Source: Podarcis cretensis
Taxonomy: Eukaryota
DNA length: 64,000 bases
Reading direction: 5' to 3'
NCBI GenBank assembly: GCA_951804945.1
Contig: OX638163.1
Coordinates: forward strand, 32,550,001-32,614,000
Shown here: positions 36,452 to 48,563 of the stretch, one piece after another
Layout of the letters: each line of letters starts with the position of its first letter
Numbering within the stretch: the stretch's first letter is position 1
Made by a program: the position numbers and the translations under genes
Notes under the pieces: model-generated
Seen by the model: the letters and a program-made list of their open reading frames with translations, nothing else
Told to the model about the DNA's origin: nothing
Databases searched by the model: none

Positions 36452-38974
36452 TAATAATTAATATGCACATTACTTGCATGCAATCTTCTCCAACATAATG
36501 CATTATTGTGTGTTATTTCCCCCCAATATAAGGTTTTCATGTTTGCATTCCCTGAATATACCCATTTCTGTACATATTATTTGCTGGGAGAACTACAAGA
36601 TTTGGATATGGGCACATCTTAAAAGCATGGCTCATATTGTTTCAGGAAGTATGAAGGTTCATGGAAAAATGTAAACTGAATCACATTTCTCTCCCACCCT
36701 TAAATTCTGATATCCTTTTAACTGGTGATGGGAAGGATTGAACCAGGGGAATGTGTGCTCTACCACTGAGCAAAAAAGATGAATAATTATTTCGCAGAAG
36801 GAGTGTCGGGCACTGATTTGAGAATTCCATCTGAAACAGAAACACTCTATTCCAACTTATCAGTAGCAATCCTTATGTTCCACTTGTAATAATGTCCTTA
36901 ATTGCTGCATAACAGAAAGATGCTGGCAAGAGAAGTTTTTCCCCTGGCATGATGATGCAGCAATGGAAAATTTCACCTGCTGGTTTCTACCTGTTATGCC
37001 ATGGCACAGGGCCTCAGTCCACAAAAGACAGTGTCATACTTTGCTTTTAGCATGCCATTCAACAAGTGCCTGGAATGAACATAAATATAGACCACCTAAT
37101 CCCTGATCTATTATTATTTCACATTGCACTTTTATTCTACCTTTACTCCACAGAGGTCAGAGCTCCACCCATTTTATTTTTATCATCATAACAACAACTG
37201 ACCCAGAGCTTCAATGCCATCATGACAAAACAGAGATTTCAACCAGGGTCTCCCAAATGTAGTCCAACATGCCAGCCATTACACCAAAGGATGGAAATCA
37301 GTGACCTTCCAGGTGTTGGTGGAACACCATGATCCCTGCGTATTAGCCATACTAACTAGGGACAATGGGAGTTGTTCACCTGGAGAGCCACATGTCCCCT
37401 ATCCCTGTGCCACACACTATACTGGATCTGGGCTGATTCACCCATGCATTTTTCATCATGTGATCACTGCAGCTTCCACTGAGGCCTCACGTGTGAGTCT
37501 TTACAGATCAAATGGCAGAGAAAGCTTCCATGTCATCTTAAGCACACAGTGTATTTCAGCGTGGAGCCAGTTCACACTTTCGGTTACTGGTCAGCATCTG
37601 TTTGCTGAGTAACCCAGTAAGGAGAAACCAAGTGATGTAAAGGGATGTATGAACCGGTGCTTTGTGTTCCTGGCTTTATTTTAGTCCTGTGAAAAGGATC
37701 AGGGCTTTCTGGATCAAGGGGGGTTGGGAATCCTAGGAGCTTTATGCTCCCTTCTTCAGCAGTGTTTCCAGGTATCAGCAGGCATATTGGAAAGACAGAA
37801 AAGTTGATGATTGCCTCTTCAAAGCTTAACCCCTTTCCCCTCCAAGAAACCGATTAGTGGCAATCTCTAGCGCTGCGATATAAGGACATTAACCAGCAGC
37901 CTGGGGAAGTTTATAGGAATGCAGGCTCAGAATCACCGACAAAGGGTGAGAGGTGCTGGCCCTGCCCTGTGGCCTAGCAGGCCATGACCTCTGACCTGGC
38001 TGTAAATGGTGATACTTTACAGGCTAAGCTAAGCAGCCAAGGAAGCACACACACAACCCTCATCGGCTGTATTTTTGACCTGGCTGAGTGGCCACAAGTT
38101 GTTTGCTGAAATGCCTTCTTCCTATCCTTGCACAGCTGCATCCAAGCGCAAGCGTCATCATGAGGCTGCCCAGGGAAACCCTTTTTTGTAATCCTCCCAG
38201 GGTTTGAACTAGAAAATCTGGTAACAGTCCCCTGATAGGAACTTAAAGCAAAACGGGCACTTGTGCTGCTAGCTCAGTCAATTTATGTTGGTGTCACCCC
38301 TCTCCTGTGGCCATCTGTTTATGCTCAGCTTAAGTAGAACATGTTCACAGCTCACAATCCATGCAGGTAAGGATCAATGAACAGCATTCGCTGCTGACCC
38401 CAGAGTCATTTTTGGGAAAGGACATAGATCTCTCTAATGCTGCTTTCCAAATGCTGCCAAGTTATTCAAATCATGCAAAACTGCACACATACACACAGAC
38501 ATTTTTTATCATTTATAACTTGTACTTGGTTGAATATATTGGAAAGAGATCATTTGTTCGTTCGTTTCCTCCAGAAAGGGAGTGTTTGGTGCAAGGTATT
38601 TAGAGGAGTTTCAATGTACTGAAACGCTAAGTACCGGTAACTCAGGGTTCAAGTTTAGGGTTTCCAACAGGTCAGAACAAAGTAAAAAAAACAACAACTG
38701 CCCATTTTCCTGAGGTTTGCTATGCAGAAGTCAACGAATAAAGGCTACTTGCTCATTGAGCCAGATGGAATTGCTGTTAACAGAACAGTTTCAGTTCAAA
38801 GTTAGCAGCCCTATTTTAGTTCCATCTCTTATGTGGTGTTACTCTATGGCAGCATTGGGAAAGTCAGTCTCCAGCCGTCTCATCACTTTTTAGTTTAGTT
38901 TCACCTGGCTTGATACATTGGCATATCTTTGGCTACTACTACAGTATTTGTTTATATTATTATATGTATCAGAG

Positions 38975-39336
38975 CAGACCCTCCAAGTGTCCTTATTTTC
39001 CAGGGACATCCCTGATTTAGAGAAGCTGTCCTGGTTTCTGATTTGATCCTGGAATGTCCTGCTTTTCCTTAGGACGTCCCTATTTTCATTGGGAAAATGT
39101 TGGAGGGTGTGGAGTTTTCCGATCCCTGAGCCGTCTGAAGGCAATCCTGTATAGGGAAGTTTTTTTGGGTTTTTTAAATGTTTAATGTTTTATTATGTTT
39201 TTATATGCGTTGGAAGCTGCCCAGACTGGCTGTGGAAACCCAGTAAGATGTGTGCGGGGGGGGGGGTATAAATTGTAAAATTATCATTACGGAATGGGAC
39301 ATCCCTATTTTCATTGGAGAAATGTTGGAGGGTATG
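38975..39336. mobile_element. hAT-like MITE containing an L2 3'-UTR fragment
   Basis: TIR CAGACCCTCCAA...TTGGAGGGTATG; right end duplicated; L2-like tail between the duplicated ends. Confidence 0.7.
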
Positions 39337-40993
39337 TGAGAGTTGCGGAGCTTTTTCAGCCTGAGGGCCACATTCCTTTCTGGGAAGCCTTCCAGGGGCC
39401 ATATCAGTAGTGGGTGGGACCAGAGGAAGAAGCGAGCAGAACGAAGGCAAATTTTGCCTTTTATAGGCTTTTGGCACCTTTTCTCTACCTAGATGGGCAA
39501 AATCCAAAAGGCATTATCCTATGAGGTGGTGTGTCTTGGGAAGAATTTTAAGGGCCATAGAGAGAAGTCTAGATGGCCATATTTAGTACCCAGCCCAACA
39601 CTTTCCCACTTATTTTATATATAAAGAATTTATAAGGCTTTCCACTCCGTAAATACTCAGTATCCCTGGGACAAAACGCCAAACACAAATATGGACTTGA
39701 TATTTTTTGTTTCAGATGGAAGCTTTCTATTCAGAAACCTGTTTGAAAGTCCAAATGGATTAACGTTATTCAGAAAGCCCATAGGTATTCAAATTCTAGA
39801 CAATGTTTTGCCAAGAAATGACAAAAATACTCAAGCTTCCCATTCCAACTTCACTGCAGCTTTGATTACGAAATCTATGGGATGTTGAAAGGAAGTCCTG
39901 ATGTGGATATAGGTGGCTTACTTGCCCCAGAGTGGAAAACCTTGCAGAATTTGCTACTTTGGGTTTTGTTTAAAAAAATATGTGGAGTTTAGCCTGAGTT
40001 GAAAAAGTAACTCATAATTTACCATGTTGCCAAAGGCTTGGATGACCCTGAAAAATTATGTTGTTTTGTGGGATTTTATCTTATATGGAACAAATACACA
40101 CACACAAGATTCCCTCCCCACAGTGTAACGTGAATACAATGTACATTACGGGCCTTTTAGTTTAATATTTGCTACACAAGCTTCATTCAGGTGGTCTGGA
40201 ATGTTTCTTCGAAGATCAGCAGGAGCAGTGGCTATGAACAGCGGGTGCAGAACATTAAATATTCATGTTGCTTTTTAATTGAATTTAATGCTTCTTTTCT
40301 TTCTTATAGTGTATTTTATTACTTTATATTTTGTTTCATAATGCATTCTATGAAATTCAATTTGCAATACAATAAAATACAATATAAGTAATAAAAGAAG
40401 CAATAAAAATACAATTAAAGCCATACAGCATCTAGCAGAGCAATTGCTACTACAGGCAGAAAAATCATTTAAGTGGTCCGTCAAGACCCTAAGCAATTTT
40501 CAAGTGGTCTGGGGGGTTGGGGAAGCTTAGAAACCACTGTTCTACACTGATTGGCAGCAGTTTCTCCAGGGTTTCGGGCAAGAGTCTACTTCAGTCTTTC
40601 TTGGAGATGCAAAACATGAAAAGCAGATGGTTTATCGTTAAACTATGCCCATTCTCCAAGGAATAAACTAAAAAGACAAAGCATCCAAACCATCCAGTCC
40701 CCCTCTCCTAATGTTTGGATACCTGTGCAGAATTAAATGTTACCTGGTAATATTATCCCTATCTCTGGCATAAAATGAGTAGCAAAATATGAGACCTTTT
40801 CCCCTGCCCAATAATTTTGAACAGTGCTGCGGGGGAAGATGATGCTAGGCTGAGTTATCTAGATTGCCATTAAATGAATTAAGATCCTCAAACGGCAGGC
40901 TGGTCGCCATATGAATGGCAGGCTAGAGAAGTGGCCAGTTAGGATGCTATTTTTAATTACTAGCAGCAGTGGAAAGAAAACCCTCGCCTCCTT

Positions 40994-41048
40994 GTTGCCA
41001 TGGCAACTTTAGTTCCCATCAACCTGAAACTTGGGTTGCCATAGCGAC
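40994..41048. promoter_or_regulatory. Tandem RFX X-boxes
   Basis: Perfect palindrome GTTGCCATGGCAAC at 40994-41007 and GTTGCCATAGCGAC at 41035-41048. Confidence 0.7.
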
Positions 41049-41875
41049 ATGAACTGCCAAGCCACTTTCCATTACCAGGCCCCAATAAGGAATCAAGATG
41101 GCTCCTAAAGTAGTTAGTTGGAAGTTTTCCATACCTGAAAATCTTGGGTGCTGCTATTTCTCCAGGGTGGTGGTAGAGGGTGGTGCTTATTTGCCTATGA
41201 TAATTAATATAAATGTCAAAGCACCCCCTTGATTGAACTGAGATTGATTTTAAACGCATTAAAAACCATTTCCTGAAAAATAACACTGTTATACGACACC
41301 CATTTGATGGCTAACACACGTTAAACGGGGGCTTCCTCCTTTCAAAGGACACCCCAGCATTTCAGCATGTCTCCAGCATTAGTTTCGCATTTCTCTGTAA
41401 TAAAGTCCCCCGAAATCCCTAGAAAAGTGGGGCCCTGCTTCTCAGAACCCCATAATAGAGCTATCTTCCACTCAATACAGCCCCACAAGTCTCCATCAAA
41501 CGCAGTAAGTGTGGCATGAAAATGTAATAAATAATCAATAACTCTGTTCCACGTCAGGAGAAGATCATTACTTCATGTGTCACAGGTTCAAGCCTTGCTA
41601 GTAAACTCAGGTGTTCTGGGATGGATCCTTGACTTATATTAGGGCCTTCCTGCTCAGCTGCACTAACACCAAACCTGAGATCTAGGGGCTGCCCCTGGTA
41701 ATATCATGGGGCTGAGGCCTGGAAACAGAGGTTAACTGGGAGAGGGAAACAGTGGAGGGAAGACACCCCGCCCCACCTCAGAGTAATTTGTAGGCAGGGA
41801 TAGCCCACCCATGAGGTAAAGTGAGGTGACTGCCTCATGCAGCAGGATCCACAGTGGCAGTACACCTGGCCTCCA

Positions 41876-42207
41876 AGGACTCTTGAGAGTCCAATGGACT
41901 GCAAGAAGATCAAATCTATCCATTCTTAAGGAAATCAGCCCTGAATGCTCACCCGAAGGACAGATCCTGAAGCTGAGGCTCCAATACTTTTCCACCTCAT
42001 GAGAAGAGAAGACTCTCTGGAAAAGATCCTGATGTTGGGAAAGATGGAGGGCACAAGGAGAAGGGGACGACAGAGGACGAGATGGTTGGACAGTGTTCTC
42101 GAAGCTACCAGCATGAGTTTGACCAAACTGTGGGAGACAAGGAGTGCCTGGAGTGCTCTGGTCCATGGGGTCATGAAGAGTCGGACACGACTAAACGACA
42201 ACAACAA
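41876..42207 (+). mobile_element. BovB (RTE) LINE 3' end
   Basis: Same BovB peptide (LEKILMLGKMEGTRRRGRQRTRWLD), ending in agtcggacacgactaaacgac(aac)n. Confidence 0.9.
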
Positions 42208-43114
42208 TTTTCACTCATCTGCAGATCCAATTCCATTACCTGGAGGGGACCATGCAGACCTGGAGGCTTTAGGTCAGAAATGGAGGTCTGGCAACCGTAG
42301 TTCCAGGGTTCAGCCCCAGCTATGAAAGCAGAGTCTTGACATCAATTAAACACAAAGGAACCCTAACATAACAGTATGTTCTAGCCGTGCTGTTGGAAAT
42401 ATAGTAAGGACCAGGCCTGAGTTTTAAAGAGACCTATCTCAGTTAAATCCTCTTTCATCCCCAATATGGGAAAGAGATGTGCGTCTTTGTGTGCTTGTGC
42501 AGAACCCCCTGAATTTTGTACAGTGGAAATGTACCCCCGCCCGTTGCCCCACCCATTTTGCGTTTGACTCTGCCCACCACTGGAATGTGGGCCCCAGAAG
42601 CTTACACCTAAGGGAATGTGGCCCTTAGGCTGAAAAGGTTTCCCCATCTGTGAGGTAGGTAGATGAAAACTAGAAGATAGAGAAATAGACAGATATTGCT
42701 AGGATAGCAACAGGAATCAGAAGGGGGGCGTTTCTCAAGAGTAGAGAGCATATTCCTTGGATGACAGCAGTCCCTGGTTCAGTCCTTGCCATCACCAGAC
42801 TCACAGGTACCAGGGCTGAGGGGAAACCCCATCTGAAGTTGCTAACCAGACACCACCAGATGCATTAGGAAGCACCAGGCTAGACACACCAGAGGTTTAA
42901 CTCAAAGCAGGACCACTTCATAACCGTTACTTCCTTGAACAGCCTTCTTCCTTGCAAAAGTATTCATTCAACCAGGGAACGCTAGCGCTCTCCACTGCCT
43001 CACAGCAGAACATGTTTCACCGCCATCCTGCAAACCTCCCTTTTGCTTTTCACAAAAGGGCCTCAGCACCTTCCTGAGAGCGCCAGCACCTGGCCAATAT
43101 ACAATGCGACTGGA

Positions 43115-43129
43115 CTGCCACCTAGTGGT
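43115..43129 (-). promoter_or_regulatory. CTCF core motif
   Basis: ACCACTAGGTGGCAG matches CCASYAGRKGGCR. Confidence 0.55.
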
Positions 43130-46100
43130 TTGTCCAAGATGCTTCCAGGTAGTCATTTATTATTATACGGGACATTTTGTTATTTTAAATGATTTGTTCG
43201 CTTTATTGTAGAACTCTGCATTGTCATTGTGCTTTTCTGCACTGATGGATACAACCATATGCTTTGGTCTTTGGATCCTGTGCCACTATTCATAGGCAAA
43301 ATAGGGTCAAGGGAAACTGCCTAGGAAGACCAATAGTCCATCTAGCTCAGTATTGTCCACACTGCCTGAAAGCCCACCTGGGGGGGGGGTTGAACCCGGG
43401 ACCTTCTGCATGCGAAGCAGATGATCTGTCAGTGAACTCTGGCTCCTCCTAACATCAGTGCAGGAGACTCGTAGGAGACTCTACAGCAAGGTGTTTGGAC
43501 ATTTGCTGAGATATGGAATGAGAAAAGTTGACAAATTTTCTCTACCATTAGTGTAAAAAGAATAAGACTCCAAGTTACATAGAATGCTTTGTCAGGCAGC
43601 TTCCACACCTAAGTACTTAGCAGTTTGAGACTTTGGCCTCCCCATAGCTTTCTTCCCTGTGTTCCATCATAATGTTAAGATAGGCATTCTTCTGTCTTGC
43701 CCCCACCCCATTCTTGACTAAACCTTACCTTCTTTCCCTGTTCCATCCCTATTCCTATACTATTTTAGGTGGAATTGGTGGGGACTGGATTTAAGCACTG
43801 CCTGACACTGCCCCCCCCAGGCCATCACTGCCCCCCCCCCACTTAGCCTTACCCCTGGCCCATCTCAAAACAGCAACATAAAAGCACCACCACATTTCAA
43901 GCAATCTCTGCAAGTCCATTAAGTTTTGGTCATCAGACGCCTTTTGGTTTCAACAGATTGCTGAACAAATGGCTGGATTTTGAGAATGTACAGATGTTTG
44001 GCTAAGGATAAGTCCTTCCCCTCCCACATCTTTTTTTGGATTCTAGGAAAACAAAACAAAAAACAGCTTGAGACACAATAACAGTTACAGTCACTAGTTT
44101 CCCCTCCCTGGCCATGGGCAGGGCTCGCTTTTTTTTGCTCAGCAAAGAGCAATTAGGGCTGCATATTTCCAATATGAGGGAAATGATCCAAAGGTCCGGT
44201 TTTGCTGCTGCAGCCATGTGTGGGATGCCAATGGCCATTCCTGTAGAAGGACGTCAAGCTGTAGAAACTGCAGCTGGACTTGTCTCTCTCTGTCAAGTCC
44301 AGCTCCTCAGCTTTAAAGCAGGTGGCCCAATGTCAGCCCCAAGGGAAGAGCTGGAGAATGCCCTTTGGAGACCTTGAGGAGCAGCTCTGCAGCTCCACAT
44401 GCCGTCAGCCTTCCTGAACGAGAGAGCCTTGCTATGGACTTCTGTAAAGCAGGCCCCAATGGCAACAAGATTCTGCCAAATCAACAGATGCATCATCTGT
44501 CGACACAACTTTTATCAGTATGGGGTAGGGATGTGTGGATCTGCCAATTCCAATTCTCTTGATTTCCTGTTTTTCAATCTGTGGTTAAAAACAACAACCT
44601 AAAGAAGATTCATCAGCATTTTAGTGCAAAATTTCATCTAATAAACCTGTTTTTCTATGCAGTTTGGCCTAATATAGACAGCTTTACAAAGCAATTCCCC
44701 CTAATATCACACATTTCTATGTTATTTTCATAAATATATGCAATATTATGCACAAATATATTCATTTTTGTGCATGTTACTGGGCAAGAGAAATTGCATT
44801 GCAAAATTCAAGCAATGTAAATGTAAAACGATGGCCGTTCTTTGCTTTGCATATTCTTTCACAAAGTGCAAATTTGGTAATTTTGGAATTAAAAGAGAGC
44901 TTAAATGAATGTCTTCCCCATCCCAGCTTTCCCCTAGGAAAATTCGCAGATTACCACTGAATCAGAGCAAACATTAATGAGCTTCTCTCCAGATTGATGT
45001 TTGCTACAATTTAGCAGACATTTTTAGTTTTGGGAGGGAAAGTGGTGCAGCATAGGCAAAGCCACTGAGACCAGTGTCTAGAAAGCACAGGACAACTACA
45101 AGAGTGGTTGGGCCCAGAGCAAGCAAAACAAATTCTGCATGTGTACCAGAGGCCTTGGATCTTGAAGCAACTAGGGTTCCCAACTTTTCAACAGGCTGCT
45201 TCCACCCTGTCCTTAACTGTTGCTTGGTGCGCAGCCATTAGCAGACAGCCATGCTAGTGCTGGGAGCTTCACCTGCTCAGGTAAGCTGCAGTTTCAAGTA
45301 CAATCCTCCAAGTCCAAGTGTGGCAAGCAACTTTCTTCAGAAACAAGGCATTGGCTACCCCAAGCCTGTTCTGCTCACTCTCTGATGTACCTGATTTCCT
45401 AAGCACTTTGCATGTTAAGATTTACAAATGCTTTCAGAAGACTGTGATGCACCAGCTAAGCAAGCAATGGGAAGGAGTTAAAAGTGTTGAGCTGGCCGGC
45501 TTCTCTGTGTTGGCAGCCAAGGAAGAGGCTTCCTGGGAAAGCTGCAGTGTAAGGGATTGATTTCCCTTGGAATTTGCCTTTGACTGGGTGAACGTTCTTG
45601 ATGATACAAGGCGGCTCCGTGGTAGGCGGGAGAGAGTCCTAGCCAAGGACAGCAACAATAGCAACAGTTCATTAGAAACCCCAGCAGAGCCCTCACTATT
45701 CCACAAGACAGTTCTAGGTGGATCCCTAGGACAGGACTTTGTGACGGGGTGGCAGCAGCTGCAGCACATTAGAAGAACGGAGGAAGCAGGCTGCATTCAA
45801 TATCCTTCTAACTCCTGGATTCAGCAAGTATTAAAATACATGCCAGGCTACCTTCCTGTATTGAGGTGATCTCCTGGGTTATGGGCCATTAAGAGAGCAA
45901 AGGGAAAATGAGAAGGCAACTCAGAGATACTCCTCATTCAACTCAGAGATGGTTAGAAAGGCGAAGCTGAAGTTTAAAGTAGGCAGTGATGTGATCTAGA
46001 AGAAAAGCAGCAAGCTGGAGACAGAGTCCAATCAGCATTTGAGATCCATGTTTTATTTCTGCTTGTTTCTTGGGAGAAACAAGACCCTTTGGGGGTGCTG

Positions 46101-47972
46101 ATGCTCTGCACCCCTCCATCACAGCCTAATAAAGCCTCATATATCATAAAGACACCACAGTTTTCACTGTGCTTCATTCCAAAAAGAAACACAAACCTTG
46201 GGTACCTCCAGAATCTCACACTGCTCAGAGATTGGTGGCGTGCAACAATATTCAGAAGCTCAGGAAAAGCAAGGAAATGTGAATCCAAAATGTCTGTGGT
46301 CTGTCATTACATCTCTGGACAAGTGTTTGTGGATAGATTCAACAGCAGGATTGTTACTTCTGACAGATGCCGCTCACAGTTCGCCAGAAAAAAACAGTGT
46401 GTCTTTAGGGTCACTAAGGAGTTGAAACTGAAAGGCATTGAAATACCCTTCTTGCAGTTGGCAGCAGTTGTTGGCATAGGGCTAACAACACCCCTGGAAC
46501 AGCCTGCAGGTTTTGATTGTGCCCTCCTTTCGCACAGCACTAGCAGTCAAGGGAGAAGCAGACGGAAGATTATCTTAGGCAGCAAAACTCTCGCTAAAAT
46601 CAGGGAGTGGCTAATGGAAGCTTTTCCAGGAATCTGTGCGTGCATTTCTGCACGTTAGCAGAATCATGAGAGGCTTCCCGCAATGATCATAGAGGGAGGG
46701 AGGGAGGAGGTATGATGGTGTGCCTTTTGCCAGCACCCCCGGGTGAGGATTGCCATGCCCAGAAGGAAATAAATGATGCACCAGCTGCCCGCTGAAGGCA
46801 AGTGCCTTGGCATAGCCCATGGAAAGGAAAGCAGCTGACTCTCCTGCTTCCTAGAGAGACTCCTGTTCATAGTCATGCCTTGCAGGCACAGCCGTCTCCG
46901 CTGTAATTTGAAGAGCATTTATTAGACTTACATAACCCAGGCGGATTGTGGCACTCTCTGCCAGCTGCCTTCTTGCACAGCAGAGTCAGAGCAAGGGCAT
47001 GGATGGCAAGTGAAATCCTCTAGTGTTGAAAGTCAATCTGGAAACGGCTGGGAGGGAAGCAGAGGTGTTTCTCTGGCCCTCTCGGGTACTGTACAAGCAG
47101 CGAAAGAGGCGGGCGGCAACGGAGCAAAATGTACCAGTTGTAAGAGCCAATGCCAGGCTGTTGATGCTGTTCCCATGGTGACAGCATCCCCAGGGATGCC
47201 TGAACACAGCTCTTCCACTTCTTTACCCACAGAGATGTAAGTAGCAACCCTTGCATTGTTGCCAGTGCTTGGAGTTAGCTAGTTTTGGGGGTTCTTTCCT
47301 GAAATGTTTTATTTGGGCGAATTAAGGCCCAGCTCTCTGGACTGCAGAATCGCCTTTAAAACACCCAGCCCTTACAAGTTGGGGAGGTACAGCCCCAAAC
47401 CCCATCCAAGAGCATAAACGAATTCCCAGGATCATCTTGGTAGTCTACAGCAAGTGTGGAGAACACATTCCCAAAGCGGTTTAACAACTGATCCCTCTTG
47501 CCAGCTCTGTGAAGGGAATAGGTGTCTCCTATCAACTCTCAGCACCCTTAGCAAACTACAGTTCCCAGGATGCTTTGGGGGAAGCCACAACTGATAATGT
47601 GGTATAACAGTGCTTTAAAAGTCTGGTGTGGATGAGACCATTGTTTGGTTTGCTTTAAATTGATGCTGCTGCTGCTTCTTTTGGATTTTAATATTATGTG
47701 CTTCTAACCTACCCTGGGAACTTATAGTTAAGGGCAGGCAAGAAATTTCTGAAATAAATACCTAATAATTAAATATTTAACAAATCAATGATGATGACAA
47801 TAATCATCACCACCACAGCATGCAACATAAAAGGAGTCTGGTGTACACTCAACATTTTTCCTTGAGTGGAAAATCTATTTATTTCACGTGATTCATATAC
47901 CTCTTATTGTAATAAAGCCTCAAAGTGGTTTACAAATCGTACGTTTGGACACAATTTATTAACATCATTGTA

Positions 47973-48563
47973 AAGGTAAAGGTAAAGGTAAAGGTAAAGG
48001 TAAAGGTAAAGGTAAAGGTAAAGGTAAAGGTAAAGGTACCGGTACCCCTGACTGTTAGGTCCAGTGATGGACGACTCTGGGATTGCTCATAATAATAATA
48101 ATAATTTATTATTTATACCCCGCCCATCTGGCTGAGTTTCCCCAGCCACTCTGGGTGGCTCCCAATCAAGTGTTAAAAACAGTACAGCGTTAAATATTAA
48201 AAACTTCCCTGAACAGGGCTGCCTTCAGATGTCTTTTAAAGATAGGATAGCTGCTTATTTCCTTCACATCTATAGGCCGAGGGAGCTGGCGTTTGTCTGA
48301 AGGCAGCTTCCAGGTCATGTGGCCAGCATGACTAAGCCGCTTCTGGCGAACTAGAGCAGTGCACGGAAATGCCATTTACCTTCCCGCAGGAGCAGTACCT
48401 ATTTATCTACTTGCATTTTGACGTGCTTCTGAACTGCTAGGTGGGCAGGAGCTGGGACTGAGCAACAGGAGCTCACCCTGTCATGGGGATTTGAACTGCC
48501 GACCTTCTGATCGTCAAGCCCTAGGCTCTGTGGTTTAGACCACAGCACAACCTGCATCCCTTC
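47973..48563 (-). mobile_element. Sauria SINE with expanded tail and nested L2 3' fragment
   Basis: (TAAAGG)x11 at 47971-48036; L2 3' end at ~48089-48271; TSD ACATCATTGTA at 47962-47972 and 48564-48574. Confidence 0.88.

Noticed and set aside
46089-46658. 189-aa ORF
   Set aside because: Non-ATG start and no recognisable domain or clear splice boundaries. It may only be part of the putative 41-49 kb transcript.
47971-48036. (TAAAGG)n as a telomere-like or CRISPR-like array
   Set aside because: It is the expanded 3' tail of a Sauria SINE, with no spacers, in a eukaryotic context.
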